A stretch of DNA of 64,000 nucleotides. Origin: the human T2T-CHM13v2.0 reference genome, Homo sapiens. The notes under the pieces are model-generated. The model saw only the letters and a list, made by a program, of their open reading frames with translations, did no database searches and had not been told where the DNA came from. Each line of letters begins with the position of its first letter. Position 1 is the stretch's first letter. The stretch lies in NCBI RefSeq assembly GCF_009914755.1, contig NC_060927.1; one strand, 5' to 3'. The translations under genes were made by a program, and so were the position numbers. Below, in pieces: positions 39,976 to 53,679 of this stretch.

Positions 39976-42810
39976 CTGTGTGTTCATATGTAGAGACAGC
40001 ATGTTTAAAATGTTCACGTTTCTTCAGCTGCCTACACTGATCTCTTCTTATCTTTGATTTTCAGCAGTTTGTCTATGACGTATACAGATATGTTTACACC
40101 GTAAACATTCTTTGTGGGGTACTCTGAGCTTCATGGATCTGTTATTTGTTGAATGATCTGTTTTGAACAACATAGATCTGTTTTTCATTAATTTTGAAAA
40201 ATCCTCAGCCATTATTTATACAAATATTTATTCTGCTTATTTCTATATCTTTTCTCCTTCTGAGATTCCAATTAGTTAATATTTTAGACCAATTGATATT
40301 GACCCACATCCCTGGGGTGTTATGTTGGCTTCTTTGTTTTTTTGTTTTGTTTTGTTTTAGCATTGTTTTTCTCTTTGTGTTTTATTTTGGGTAATTTATA
40401 TTAGCCTACTTCCAAGCTCACTCTTTCCTCAAATGTGTCTAGTCTTCTGATCAACCTGTTAAAGGAAATCTTCACCTCTGATAGCCCATTTTTCTTAACT
40501 TCTAATATTTTGCCATTTAAACTAATTTTTATCTCTCTGTTGAAAGTCTCCATTCACTCATATATATTGTCCACCCTTTTTATTAGATATTTTAACCTGT
40601 TAATTATGGTAATCTTAAACTCCTATCTAATTGTTCTAATAGCTAGATTCTCTCTGTGTCTAGTTCTGCAAATTACTTTATCTTTTTTACAAAGGGTCTT
40701 TTCGTTTTCTTTTTGTGAGTCACATAACTTTTGATCAGATGCTAAACATAACATATCAAATAGCGGTAGAGTCTGAGGCAAATAGTATTTATTCCTAGAA
40801 ATGAGTTCTCTCAGGTTGTTAGTACAGGGAGAGTTTGACTCAATCTAGTCAATAATTGAGTTGGGTTTGGCTTTTTTTGTTGCTGTCATTATCCTCAGTG
40901 ACCCAGTCGTCAAACACCTTCAGCATTGGGCTGCCATCTTCTGTACAGAGGATGGGGCTGCTGGAGGGGCTCTATTATTCTTTTTCTATCCCTCCATTTC
41001 AGCAGTTCCTGAATGTCTGAATCACAGAAGGAGTCTCTTTAAACCCTTTTCCATCAGCGGTTTGCTTCTGCTGGTTACTTAGTGTTAGCTGCATGGTGGG
41101 GGTGAGGAGGATTCTTGTTCCCCTGGTTCAACCTCAGGCTAAGTAAGGCAAGACTTCTTCATATGGGTCTTGTGAATGAGGTATTTTTTTAGCATTCCTT
41201 CCCCTTCTCCTTCTCCTTCCCATAGCACCCAAACTCTTTTTAAAATCTGTGTCAATTGTCAGGCAAGAGATGGTCTTCTGGTCCTCCACAAGTGATAACA
41301 TATCTCTGCTTTGTACTGGTGCATGATTCTTGACCCAAGAGGTTTTTCTGCTCTTTCTTCAGCATTCCTTATGGTAAAAGTGTTTTCTGTCCTCTCCCAG
41401 TCTCTGAAGCCCTTTGTTCCCTATGGAAGAAGGATCTGCAGAAGTGGACAGTGTTTTTGCCTGTCACGCAGTGGCATTTAGTTAGCTCCTGCACATCTAC
41501 CCCACTATAGGCCAAGGGTCGGGGCTTTCCAGCCTCTTGCCTTGCACCCAGTCTCTCTGTGAGCACCTAGTAGATGCCCATGGAGAACAATTTGTGAGTT
41601 AGGGCAAATGCTCCTTGTGTTTGGGGCTCTCCGTTTATCTAAACTGAAATCTTATCCCACTCTTGGCCTTTAAAAAGCATTTACATTCTTAGCTAACTTT
41701 TTTTCTGACATGCTTCTATGAAAGCTGTTTATTCTTCCCATCCTCTGTAAAAGTTGAAAAGGTTTGTGTCAGCCCTCCCTATATCAAGGGATCTGTTACT
41801 ACTCAGAATTCAGTTTCCTTCATTGTCTTGTGACCTCAGGACTCTCTGATGGCTATAATAAAAGCTGTGATTTTGTAGATTATCTGGCTTTTTCTCATTG
41901 TTAGGCTAGGGGTAACAGTCTTTTGAGTTCTTGGTATCCCAAGTGGAAAAATAATTTACTTGCTAGGACCTTGATTGAGATTAAAATCTACAGATACATT
42001 TTGGAAGAATTTCATCTATACAATATAAGCCTTTCAATCAATGTATGATTTACTTTAAAAATTTTTTGAGTGGTTAACTTATGAATAATTGTTGTTAGCA
42101 TAATTGTACTAATATAATATTGTATTAATTGTTATATTAGTATTATAAATAGTACTAATGTTTTAAGCATGCACATTGACTCATGTTTGGGAAAATTACC
42201 CTTACTGACATTCTACATCTGCTCTGGAATGATGAGGTGGCAGAGGTAGGGAGCAAATTTGAAGGCAAGACAGTAATACAGTAATACCCCTTTCCTTCTC
42301 ATTTCATAGGGCATCATATCACCTGCTCAAAGATAAACAGCAACTAGTGAGTAACAGACTGTAACCCTGGTCTTATCAGCCCTCCAGTTCAGGAATCTTT
42401 CTTCTATACATTACATATGCTAATGTACTTTGTAAAGATCTCTTGGTTTTTTTCTTTTTTAAAATAAAAAATAATAATTACACAAATTTTTCAGAACATC
42501 AATAAGTTCATGACTTTTCAAACTTCTAATATCTATTCTTATAGCCAAAACTTTCAACCTTGGATTTTTGTGCTAAATCCTCTGATAAAAAAGAAGCCTT
42601 TACTTCTATAGAGTCTTCTTATATTCATCTTTATTAGTGCTTTCATGTGAGTCTGTCATTTTATGTCACTTTGCTTCTCATATACATTTGAATTCTAGGT
42701 AATCTTTGGGATCTCACCACTTGAAAAATTGTTATTTTTGGTATCAAAATTGGCTAAATGTCTTTAAAATTAAATAATCTGGCAAATAGTCCTTGCCACT
42801 CTCTACTTGA

Positions 42811-43100
42811 ATTTTTTTCACTGATACATATCAGATGTGCATTTTTGGGGATACATGTGCTAATTGGATACATTCATATAATCAAGTTAGGGTAACTGGG
42901 ATGTTCACCACCTTATTTATCTTTTCTTTACACCAGGAACATCCAAATTATTCTCATCTAGCTATTTTCAAATGTACAATTGATTAATATTAATTAAGTC
43001 ACTCTGTTCATCTATTGAACACCAGGTCTTATTTCTTCTATTTAAGTGTATAGTTGTATCCATTAACCAGCCTCTCTTCATCCCTCCCTCTCCTCTACTT
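42811..43100 (-). mobile_element. L1MA5/6-like 3' end
   Basis: CTGATACATATCAGATGTGCATTTTTGGGGATACATGTG...CTAGCTATTTTCAAATGTACAAT...GTATCCATTAACCAGCCTCTCTTCATCCC. Confidence 0.8.
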
Positions 43101-43596
43101 GATTTGAAGTTACTGAAATTCGAAAACTAAGCCTAGATTTCAAGTTAACTAGCTGATCATCTTACAACTCAAGTCAGTGTGGCCAATGTCATGCAGGAAC
43201 CTCAATAGCATGAGCTGGGAAACAGGACCCAGACATGAGGAAAAGGAAATATCAAAACTAGTAATGGGGCAAATTACCCTATACAAGGACAGATTCCCTG
43301 GGGAAAGGTGGTAATAGCATTGAATGAAATGAAATAAAGTAGCTTTAGTCTGACATTTACCCAGAGTTACTGCTTTCTTTAAACATAGTAAATGAAAGTT
43401 TTAAGTTTTTCCAATCTTCCTTTAGATTTATGGACTTCTGATGGACCTTTCCTTGAAAAGAAGAGTTCACAAGAACAGGATCCTAAAGAATTTTAGTAAT
43501 TTGCCAAAATAAACAAACAGAAAAAACAAAAACAAAACAAAACAAACAACAGTCAGTTAGGAAATCAGACTGTAATCAGGCTGTCAGACTCTTGAG

Positions 43597-43695
43597 TAGG
43601 GTTTAGCAAAATATAAACCACAGGCCAAATCTGACCTGCCACTTGTTTTTGTAAGTAAAATTATACTGGACACAGCTATGTCTATTCCACTTTCC
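43597..43695 (+). mobile_element. MER58A fragment (hAT-Charlie)
   Basis: GCAAAATATAAACCACAGGCCAAATCTGACCTGCCACTTGTTTTTGTAAGTAAAATTATACTGG. Confidence 0.7.
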
Positions 43696-43704
43696 ATGTG
43701 CATC

Positions 43705-44445
43705 CATAGGGATATTTTAAACTGCAAATTTAATCTTATACTTAAAACCTTCCAAAGGCTTCCTACAGCTCCAAAATCCTTTATACGACATACAAGGCTA
43801 TTCATAATATGGCCCCTGCTTACCTCTATAGACTGCACGTTTCTCACTATTTCCCATCTTACACTCTGGTCATACTTTATTCTCCTGCCTCTGGGCTCTT
43901 GTACATACTCTTCTCTTTGGCTTTAACAGGATTATCCTTTCTCTTTTTGTGGTTCCAGCATAGAAGCCATCATTTCCTTAAGCAATACCCGGACACTCAA
44001 GAGCTCCATATGCTCCCATAAAACCCAGAAGATCTATTACTAGCAGTGATCATGCTAATGTTTTATTTTGTTTGTGGTATACATCAGGGGTTGCTAAACT
44101 ACAGCCCATAGGCCATGTACACATGCTATCTGTGTACAGTCCACAAGCTAAGAATAGTTTTCACATTTTTATATAGTTGAAAAAACTCAAAATAAAAATT
44201 TCATGACATACAAAAAATTATATGATATTCAAATTCCATTGTCCACAAATACAATTTTACTGGAGCCCAGCCATACTCATTTGTTTATGTATTGTCACAC
44301 ACTGTGAAGGTATCATAGATACAATCACGAAAGAGAAAGCACTATCCCAGTTTTCCCAGAGTTTGGTATCCACAATATCTTCCCCAGTGTGTAGCTCAAA
44401 GGATGCACTCAATAAGTATCTGTGGCATGAATAACGTGTGAATAA
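43705..44445 (+). mobile_element. L2 3' region, interrupted by MER58B
   Basis: CTTAAAACCTTCCAAAGGCTTCC...ATGGCCCCTGCTTACCTCT...; terminal GCACTCAATAAGTATCTGTGGCATGAATAA. Confidence 0.65.
44085..44296 (+). mobile_element. MER58B fragment
   Basis: CAGGGGTTGCTAAACTACAGCCCATAGGCC...AGCTAAGAATAGTTTTCACATTTTT...CAGCCATACTCATTTGTTTATGTATTGTC. Confidence 0.78.
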
Positions 44446-45432
44446 GGAAGTAAAACTATTTTGCCCAGTAATCAGCTGTAATTCAGCATAAAATCCAGCC
44501 AGATTTACCATTTCCTAGCCAAGTTATCTTTGCTACTACATCAGCTCTCCTTTTCTATGACTGTAGAACAATATTATTCTTAGATTCTTCATAAAATTTA
44601 AATTTCCTCCAATTTTTTCATAGTCTAGGATGTCGCTTAGATTACAGGTTTGAAGACGCTGAAGTCTTCATGAGAAAACCTCCCCTGTTATGCCCACAAA
44701 GAGTAAATAATGATAGAGGAGCACTTCTGCTTGAAGCTCTGCTTTAAAACAGCATTTCGATAAGTTCAAGCACACCTCAAAAGCAAAGCTTATTAAAAAA
44801 AAGTATATAAAAGCAAGCACCGTGATTAACTATATCCAGATGGGAGAAAAATGTGTTGACATTTCAGCAAGAACAGCCTTCAATTCAAGCCAAAAAAATC
44901 CTCATTTAAACTTTCTAGTCAGCCAAAATTTCCAGCTGCATGGATTCTCTTGTGAACAAACAGGCCAACACATAGAATAAGGTCACTGAAGAATGTGCCA
45001 GTAATCACAAACTGTAATTAAGCAGTAATGACCCCAACCTGAAGCTTTCTTCAGGATTAATGAATACCTGAAAAGCCAGTGGCCCGAGGCAGCCCTCATT
45101 CTATCTAGAATGCCCTGGGATAAAGTGAGTGCTATAAACAAAATGTGTTTCCAGCTTATATCATCCCCTAAAGTTATCTTTTCCACTACTGTCTCAGAGT
45201 TGGATTTTTATAGCACTCATTGTGAAAAAGGCCAAGTTTAATCAAAAAAAGATAACGGAAAAAGTGAAATTCTAAAACAGCATAGAAGATTTCTTTTGGA
45301 TAAGGCAGTGGGGGTTAGTATACATTTTACTTAGAATATTTAGCTTTAATTTCCAGTTTTGCTCTCCTCCTCAGAAACATGAGGATAAGAATATTTATTA
45401 TATGCCAGATGATACCCATAAATTTACCACTA

Positions 45433-45985
45433 TAGTAAAAGTAAAATTAAATTACAATTATTATTGTGAAATGTGATATACAAAATGTCATCACTCAAGT
45501 TCAGAGCTCTAAAACAGTCAAGAAGCCATTCTAACGACTGCCTGCAAGACCTGCAACCATGCAAAAAAAATCAAAAAACAAAAATCAAAACCCAGAAACT
45601 TACTATAGAAACTTGCCTGGAATTTTTAAACTGGGCCAAACCACCAGACCATAACATCCTGGAAACAGCTGAATTTCTCTAGCACTGCAGCTCCTCAATG
45701 GCAACAACGAATGAATTATGGACCCATGTGCTATGACAGCTACCTCCACGAATGATAATTCTTTCAAAACAACTTGTGTAATTTCCCTGAGCTTTCTAAA
45801 AAACAACAACAACAACAAAAAAAAAACACACACACACACAAAAACCCCTACACTCCTCCCTCTCTTCAGAACACAATTTGGCTTCTAGCTAAATCTGTGT
45901 CTCCCAAATTGCAATTCCTAAGACCCCAACAAACACCTTGTCTTACTGCTTTGCAGTCTGACTTTTCACCTCTTCTTAGTTGACG
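45433..45985 (+). mobile_element. Probable ERV1-class solo LTR (MER34-group-like)
   Basis: AAAAACCCCTAC TATA-like box, GTGTCTCCCAAATTGCAATTCCTAAGACCCCAACAAA (degenerate polyA signal), ends TCTTAGTTGAC. Subfamily uncertain. Confidence 0.55.
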
Positions 45986-46099
45986 TTATCAATAACTTTT
46001 AAAATCATCATTGCTATGACTTTTAATGCCTCAGCTTAACTGATGAAAAAAAGAAAACAAGAAGATTTTTCTGTAAGTTAAGTGACCATCAAAATATGA

Positions 46100-46672
<573 letters not shown>

Positions 46673-48557
46673 TGAAATAGATTTTTGAGGGTAAGAATAT
46701 CGATAAATAAATGGAGCTGGTGATACAAAATCAAAGTCATTAACTCATTTTAAAGGGCCCTTTGTGCATATAGGAGTTATAGCTGGGAAAACCTCAGGAG
46801 TGATGGAGATTTTAATACAGGAGTCTGCTCTTAGTGCCATCATCAGGACTTGGTAGTGTTTTCATCTCTTGATATAAAATGTAGGAGCCCTGAGACAGCT
46901 GTATGTTCCAAAATATACTCCACACTCACACTAACTTCATCTACATCCACCATGTCTGAAATTTCTTTAATAAAGCCTAAGAGGTGTATTTTTTAAATGA
47001 GAGGCTTAAAATACGAACATGGCTTCAAGAGTCCCATTAAATTCATCCTGAGCTGAGGGAAAAACTTCTATTGGTACTTTTCTTAAAAGTAATAGTAGGA
47101 GGTTAGTTTTACAGACTGAGGAATTAAGTAACGCATTATAAAAATATTTTATACCAATACCAAGATAAATGAGGGGAGCAGTGGAGAAGAGCCTATTTGT
47201 TTGTCTGCTGCAGACAAAAATGGAAAAGATAAAAGTAGCCAGATACTTAATTCTCTGTTCTCATCTTCTTGGTCCTAAAGAATACCTAAGAAAGTATTCT
47301 TTCTTCTTTAGGATAGATAGGACTGTTGACAGAGGGAACATAAAAGATGCTTTGGCTAACTAGTTGTCTGCACTGAGCCTTTATTTTTAACTATGTGGTT
47401 TTCTTCTAGGCAGGGTATACTTGGGTCCCAGATTCCCTTCTGAAGACACAAATGTGAGGTGTCCATTCCACCTCCTCATCACAGGTCCATTCTCTCCCAA
47501 CATTGCCCCCACTCTACCTATGAGAAGCAGACCTGCCTGATCTTACTGATTCTTTTCTTTCAGGGCTGTGAGACCACTATGAGCCTGACTGCTTTAGCTT
47601 ATTTAGGAAGACAATCTGTGGTAACATTCAAGCAAGTGAAACAACCTTCTAGGCAAGTCTCAGATACTAGAGTAAAATTATGTTTGAACCATTGTAAGTT
47701 TAAAGCCAAAGTATGCTCACATTCTAAGCTAGACATCATATGATCTCTGCCGCCCTTTTCCTAGGTGAGAAAATCATAAGAATATTTGAGAGGAAAATTC
47801 CTAAACTCCCTACCTTACCTTTCCTCATCTTCAAGGTCAGATCATTACAAACACAACCAGAAAAATCCCCCATTTGTCCATGAGCTACTAAATTTGGAGA
47901 GTAAAGTATAGTGGACAGAGATGGAAGAGTGAAGGAACTGTGGGCATGCATGACTGCCTTTAACTACTTTGTAATAAAAAGGAAATATTGCAGACCTTTT
48001 CAAAGCAGAAAATTATCTCACCTTTCAAACACCAAGTTGGCCGAGATTGCAGGACAGATGAGTGACTTAACTTCTCAATGAGTTAAGTCTGTTTACAAAT
48101 CTGATATTGCTGTGGCAATAATGAGAGAAAGGTTCTAAATAAAGAGCTAATGAATTTGATATCTTTGCTAAATTGTAAACCATGCATAATTATCTAAGGT
48201 CTAGTCCCATCCTAGTCCTAGTCCTAGTTCAGACCCATATCACCCCCAAGGGCCTGGGCTACCCTGGCACAGAAGAGTGTTGAAGTGGGGATTGAAAAGA
48301 GAATATAGAATATAGAGAAAAGGAAGCACAATGCTTCTATGCCAGCAATATTTACCCCAGCCCACTAGTTACCCAAAAGCCATTTCCCTTGGCCCACATC
48401 TAGTTAGCTATTAATTTTAGAATTTGTAAAAAACCCCAGGTGGAAATCGAGCAACAGGCTTTCCCAGGTGATTCGGTGAGTAGTAACTTTGTCATTTTTG
48501 TGTTTGTAGACAATCATTATATCCTACTTAATATTCTTTTCTAAGCTACTTCTAGTT

Positions 48558-48742
48558 TGATGATTCTCAACCAGAGGTATAAATGTGAACCATCTGTAAA
48601 AATGTTTTTAAAATGCATATACTCTGCTCATTCCAGATCTAAGAAGTAAGAATCCTTCAGAGGAGAAGAATCCATATGTGTATTAAAAATAAACACAAAT
48701 CTCCAATGATTCCAAAGTATACACACAGTTCAGAACGATTAT
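48558..48742. mobile_element. MER5A-like hAT MITE
   Basis: GATTCTCAACC...GAACCATCTG...TTTTTAAAATGCATAT...TGATTCCAAAG...AGTTCAGAAC. Confidence 0.5.
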
Positions 48743-49710
48743 TTCAATCTCCTTAGTTCTTTCTCAAATGAGAAAATCTAAAATTTCTCTCCATCTCAGC
48801 TGCTACTCTTTGAGAAGTATTAGCTTTTAATCATGTTTTATTAATAATGACTCCTGATAAAGAATATAAAACTCCGTACATCCATAGGAAACAGGGCTAC
48901 TACCTCCCTTATTCAATTAATGCAGCCTAAGATAGTATTTGGTTCCCTTTTCAGCATTAGCAAAACCTTTCTAGGCCCCGAATCTCTTTCACTTGTTTCA
49001 TTATGTGCCATTTTATGGGACAAGGTTCTCCCACAGGTGCCCTGCATGATTTCTAAAATGGTCTTCAAAGCTTACTGTGAAAACTCAGCTGATTGATGCC
49101 ACTTCCTATCTGCTTCCCATCTCTTCGATGTCTTCATAGTTCTGGCCCGCCATGAATTTTCAAGTCTGGCTATATAATTATGACTTATTCTTGTATCTTT
49201 TCTAGGCAATAGATTAAAAAGGAGGAAATTACAGCATTATTCCAACCTGCTGAGATCAATTGTGATTAATATTCCAGCGTATTTGCAGCATATTCCATAT
49301 ATATGCTATTTGTACATTGATCAGCCTCTCATAATTCTACTCATCCATAATATTGATTAAAATATTGAGACCATGACATCAAGGCTATTTCAAATCAGCT
49401 AAATAATCACCTAATACTTATGTCAGTCCAAAGTGACAGAGCAGTAAAAAAAAAATTGCAAGGGAAAAAAGACATCAATAACTTGGTTACTACACAAGTC
49501 AAAAATCACCTCATCCTCCAAGATATATCCTCTTGATATGTGATGTTTTCTTCTTTGTAAAAAAAGTCATACTAGAAAGATTTTATAGCTCTTGGAAAAA
49601 ATAGATTATGAGATTGACTATCATGAACCAGTTTGTATCAGAGCCCAACTGAAAGTAAAAGTAATTTATTATTGAGTTAAAATCATAATTATGCCACAGA
49701 CGTTAACATG

Positions 49711-49870
49711 CATCCATTCATCTGTTCAACTAGTGGATATAAATGTAATACTAACTGTGCACAGCACATGCACTATGCTAATCATGGGGAGTAATACTAG
49801 AGTAATGACCAAAAAAAAAATTCTGTTCTCTTCAGAGAGCTAATAGTCCAATGGAGAAAGACAAACATGA
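49711..49870 (-). mobile_element. L2 3' end
   Basis: CATCCATTCATCTGTTCAAC...TCTGTTCTCTTCAGAGAGCTAATAGTCCAATGGAGAAAGAC. Confidence 0.6.
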
Positions 49871-49999
49871 AAGGAGAAATAACCAAAAAAAATCCTAACC
49901 TAGACAGATGAGATGTCCTTCTACTACATCATATTCCCTTATTATGCAATCATAAATACAAAGTATCTAGTGAACATTTTTTTTTATTTCAAAATGCTT

Positions 50000-50450
50000 G
50001 TGGATACACACATTTGAGAGGGATATAGAGAAACTAAGATTGTTTTAAGGGAGCACATCCTGAATGAAGTGGCTTGAAACCATGCTGTATAAAGACATTA
50101 AAGGAATGGAAATGACTAGTTTAAAGAAGAAGGATGGTCATTTAGCAATCACCAGAACCCTTAAGGTTAGAGTGTGGCAAAGGAAGGTAATCTAGTTGGT
50201 AGGGTGTTAGGGAGTTGAGCAGAAAATAGGTAGATGCAAGAAGAAAGCAGATTTCATCTCAAAAGAAGAAATTTCTTTATATCAAGAGTGTATTAAGATT
50301 AAAAGGGATACTCAAGAAATTAAATTTTTATCACTAGATGTGTCTGATCACATATTATCTCATCTCTACAACAATATTGAAAAAGGGTTTCAACTAAAGA
50401 ATGGGCAGTGGGGCTAGAGGGTAAAGATCCTCCCAGACCTGGGATTCTAC
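50000..50450 (+). mobile_element. L3/CR1 LINE 3' fragment
   Basis: CACATTTGAGAGGGATATAGAGAAACT...TTGAAACCATG...GCAGATTTCATCTCAA...TCACTAGATGTGT...CCTCCCAGACCTGGGATTCTA follows the L3 3' consensus order. Confidence 0.6.
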
Positions 50451-50880
50451 AAATTGTTCCCTATATATTAAACTATATGATATATATATCAATAAAATAC
50501 AAAAACCCGAACTCTCATTTTTAAACATGTTTATTATCCCTTAATTATAATGCCAAATTTCTTTTATTTTCTTTCAATTGACTGTCCAATCTTATATTGT
50601 TATTTTACACTATAGGGGCACATTTTAAACTGTGAATTGAGCAATATGGAAACTCACTTTTTAACACAAAATTATGTGATTATTTTAAATATGTTGTTTG
50701 AAAAATAGAAAAAGCTCTTGAAACTTGTGTCAGACCTATACAAGTAAGCCCTGGCCTCTTCCTTTGAGAAACTACACAAAACTTCCATTACTCATATAAT
50801 TTGTGAAACTCCTATTTTGGAATTGCCTTTGAGAGCCTGTAGCAAATTCTTTTGAATAACTTCAGAGGTAGTAAATTACA

Positions 50881-52080
50881 ATCTTCTGAGGTGCACATTT
50901 TGAAATAGTCAAAAGTCATTCAAAGCAACTTCTGAAAAGTAAGATTAGGAGATCAGGTTAATAAATCATAACCTAATTTCTTAGCCATAAATTTTTCCTT
51001 CTTTCTATAAAGATTCCCAAGTAATTCTCCCACTAAGCTGTGTTTTTTCTCTCTGCAAGGACAAATGTCCTTGTCTTTTTATACAATATAATTCAGATGT
51101 TTTGTTAATATGCAATTTCAGTGGTTGCTCAACCCTTTTCCATGGACAGGATGTATCTAAATCACCCAATGCCTTTAAAAATCATTGCGGATTCACTATA
51201 TCTCAATGGATCCTGGAGTTCCATATTCTGATAAAGCTACTTATACTTATTGTGATGCTTGGCCAAGTGAGGGTGTCTCTCTGCTATCATCTTATTCCAT
51301 ACTTTTGCCCTCATCCCAGCATCCGCATGACAACAAATAAATATAGGGAAAAAGCACAGAATTTCAAATCCTGCATATACAGGTTTAAATCCCAGACCCC
51401 CTGTTAACTAACTGACCCTAGGCAAGTGAAAATCTCTTTGAGATGCTGCTCAACAGGGATATATTAATATTCATCTAAAGGACTATTGTAAAAGTTAAAT
51501 TAGATCATGTATGTAAAGCACCTAGCATAGCCATTGGCACATAGGAGTTTAATTTTTAAAAAGCGATTGTTGTCAATTTATCATTGCTACTCAACTCTAC
51601 ACATATTGACCACATTTCTTTAATAATTGATTAAATTATAGCTGAATTTAAGGGCACTATAGGTATCCATAGAGAGTTTCAAGCTCTTCTCATTTTTCTC
51701 AAAAACAGTGGCTAACATCTAAGTGAACTGGTCCATTAAAATGTTCAGATATTGTCAAGAAAAATTAGAATATTTTTGCTTAGACAGGACAAAAACAGAA
51801 TCATTGAACAATAATTTACTGTACTTTATAAAAAAGAAAGGAAATTGAATGAATGAAAGAATCTATTAAAACTTCACCATCTAGTTTTAATCTTATTCTT
51901 TCCAAATATGATCTTTTGAGGTGCATATTTTGAAATAGCCAAAAGTCACTCTGAGCAACTTCTGAAAAGCAAGAATACGTGGTCAGGTTAATAAATCATA
52001 ACCTATTTTCTTAGCCTTAAATTTTATTTCTCCTTTCTGTAACGTGTTCCAAGTAATTTTACTCCTGAAGTTATATTTTT
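50881..52080 (+). repeat. Diverged ~165-bp direct repeat (50881-~51047 and 51911-~52080)
   Basis: The first 110 bp align ungapped with 13 mismatches by my manual count (~88%); offset 1030 bp. Confidence 0.92.
51343..51560 (+). mobile_element. MIR SINE
   Basis: GGTTTAAATCCCAG...TGACCCTAGGCAAGT...GTTAAATTAGATCATGTATGTAAAGCACCTAGCATAG..TGGCACATAG. Confidence 0.7.
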
Positions 52081-53039
52081 GCCCTTGTTCTCAAGTATCC
52101 ATCTTTGTAGGGAAGAGCCTGGTTAATGCTGAGACATAAATTTAAGACTTCCCCTTTTTTAATCCTTGGAGGGTAAGTTTTCTAAAGGAAGCTTACCCCT
52201 TAAGTTTCTGACTCTCTTCAAATAAGTATTAATAGTGAGTATAAGTGTTCAGAAAGTTCTAAATGTGTTTGCCTTTAAAAACTTCAGTGACTCAAAACAG
52301 ATTTATTTTTTGCTACCTCTGCCAGCAATCTCAATATAGAACAAACCAGAATGTATACAGTTGGTCATCATTCTTGCCATAGCTCTCTGGTTGGACACCT
52401 GCAATCCTATTTCTTATAGGATTGCTCTTATCGAGGCTGCTAGTTAACACCCAGCCTGGAATATAGTAAGTGTTCAAGAAATATCTATTTAATCTATAAA
52501 TGAATGCATGAATGGGTATTATGGGAAGAAAAGGAAACAGGTATTATCACAAGTTATAAAAGGAAAAAAAGCTTTTGGAGAGAGATTAAATTGGAGTTGA
52601 ATCTTACATGATAATGGAAGTTTGTTGGTGGTAGAAGTGGAATGCTGTGGAAAAATAGCCAGGCAGAGAAAACTATGAGTTAAGACACAAAGAGGAGACA
52701 GAGTGTCTTTAATGTGAGGACCTGCAAGCAGATTTTCAAAGCACTAGTTGGACATAAGCCTAAAGAAGCAGAATCTAGGCCATAAAGGACTTTGGTGTCA
52801 CATGAGGAAGTTTAAACTTAATTCTGTAGGTGATGGATAGTTACGTGATATAAGAGAAAGATTTTAAGAAGTGAGATAACTTGATCAAGTGGATCAAATA
52901 TATATTTGGTTTGTTTATGGATTAACATAGTCGATATGTGTAGGAAGAGTATGAGGAGGGCAAGGTGTGACACTTGAGTCCAGAAGACCAAACTGTTGGG
53001 TGTTCAATACCTATCTCTTGACACAATAATGGTGGAAAT

Positions 53040-53250
53040 GAAGATAATAGTGATAATAATAATGACAATGATAACTATGATGATGATGATGGAAACTGTA
53101 CGCCTAACATTTTATCAAAGCCTTACTTTGCATCAAGTCCTGTGCTAAGCACTTTATTTACTGTCTCATTTAATTATCACAGCACACCTATGAGGAGGGC
53201 ACTTATTTCATTTTATAGATAAGAAGAAAACTGGGACTTAAACAGGTTTT
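53040..53250 (-). mobile_element. MIR with an (ATC/ATT)n tail
   Basis: GATAATAATAATGAC..GATGATGATG, then CTGTGCTAAGCACTTT...TCTCATTTAATTATCAC...CATTTTATAGATAAG. Confidence 0.7.
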
Positions 53251-53269
53251 AAAATATGCAACTCAGTAC

Positions 53270-53679
53270 TCCTATAGTATTTTTCCTCAAAACACTTAAC
53301 CTCAGTTGAAAAAGAGAAAACATCATATAAACCCAATTGAGGGTAGTGATTCTGTGAACTAACTACTTTGCCAGTACTCTTCAAAAGTGTCAAGTTCATA
53401 AATGATAAGAAAAGATGGGGGAATTATTTGCTTTCCTTTGACAATTGTACTATGGTTACATAAGATGTTACCATTAGGAAAAGCTGAATGACAGATGTAT
53501 TAAAACTCGAGGCTGGGCACGGTGGCTCATGCTTGTAATCCTAACTCTTTGAGAGGTCGAGGTGAGAGGATCACTTGAGCCCAGAGGCCGAGGCTGCAGT
53601 GATCTGTGGTCGTGCCACTGTATGACCACAGTGTGAGACCCTGACACTGTACAAGGCAGTGTGAGACCCTGCCTCAAAC

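Larger units (their letters stand above)
35990..41950 (-). mobile_element. Long, internally deleted old L1 (L1ME-like) running from 3'UTR to 5' end, interrupted by two MaLR LTRs and a small insertion
   Basis: 3'UTR at ~36.0 kb; minus-strand peptides [22 protein letters not shown] and IHQEDITILNVYVPN; ORF1/5'-type sequence at 40.0-41.9 kb. May be more than one element. Confidence 0.7.

Noticed and set aside
48064-48089. Perfect 9-bp inverted repeat GACTTAACT-N8-AGTTAAGTC
   Set aside because: Several stems of this length are expected by chance in 64 kb of AT-rich DNA, and it is too short for a pre-miRNA.
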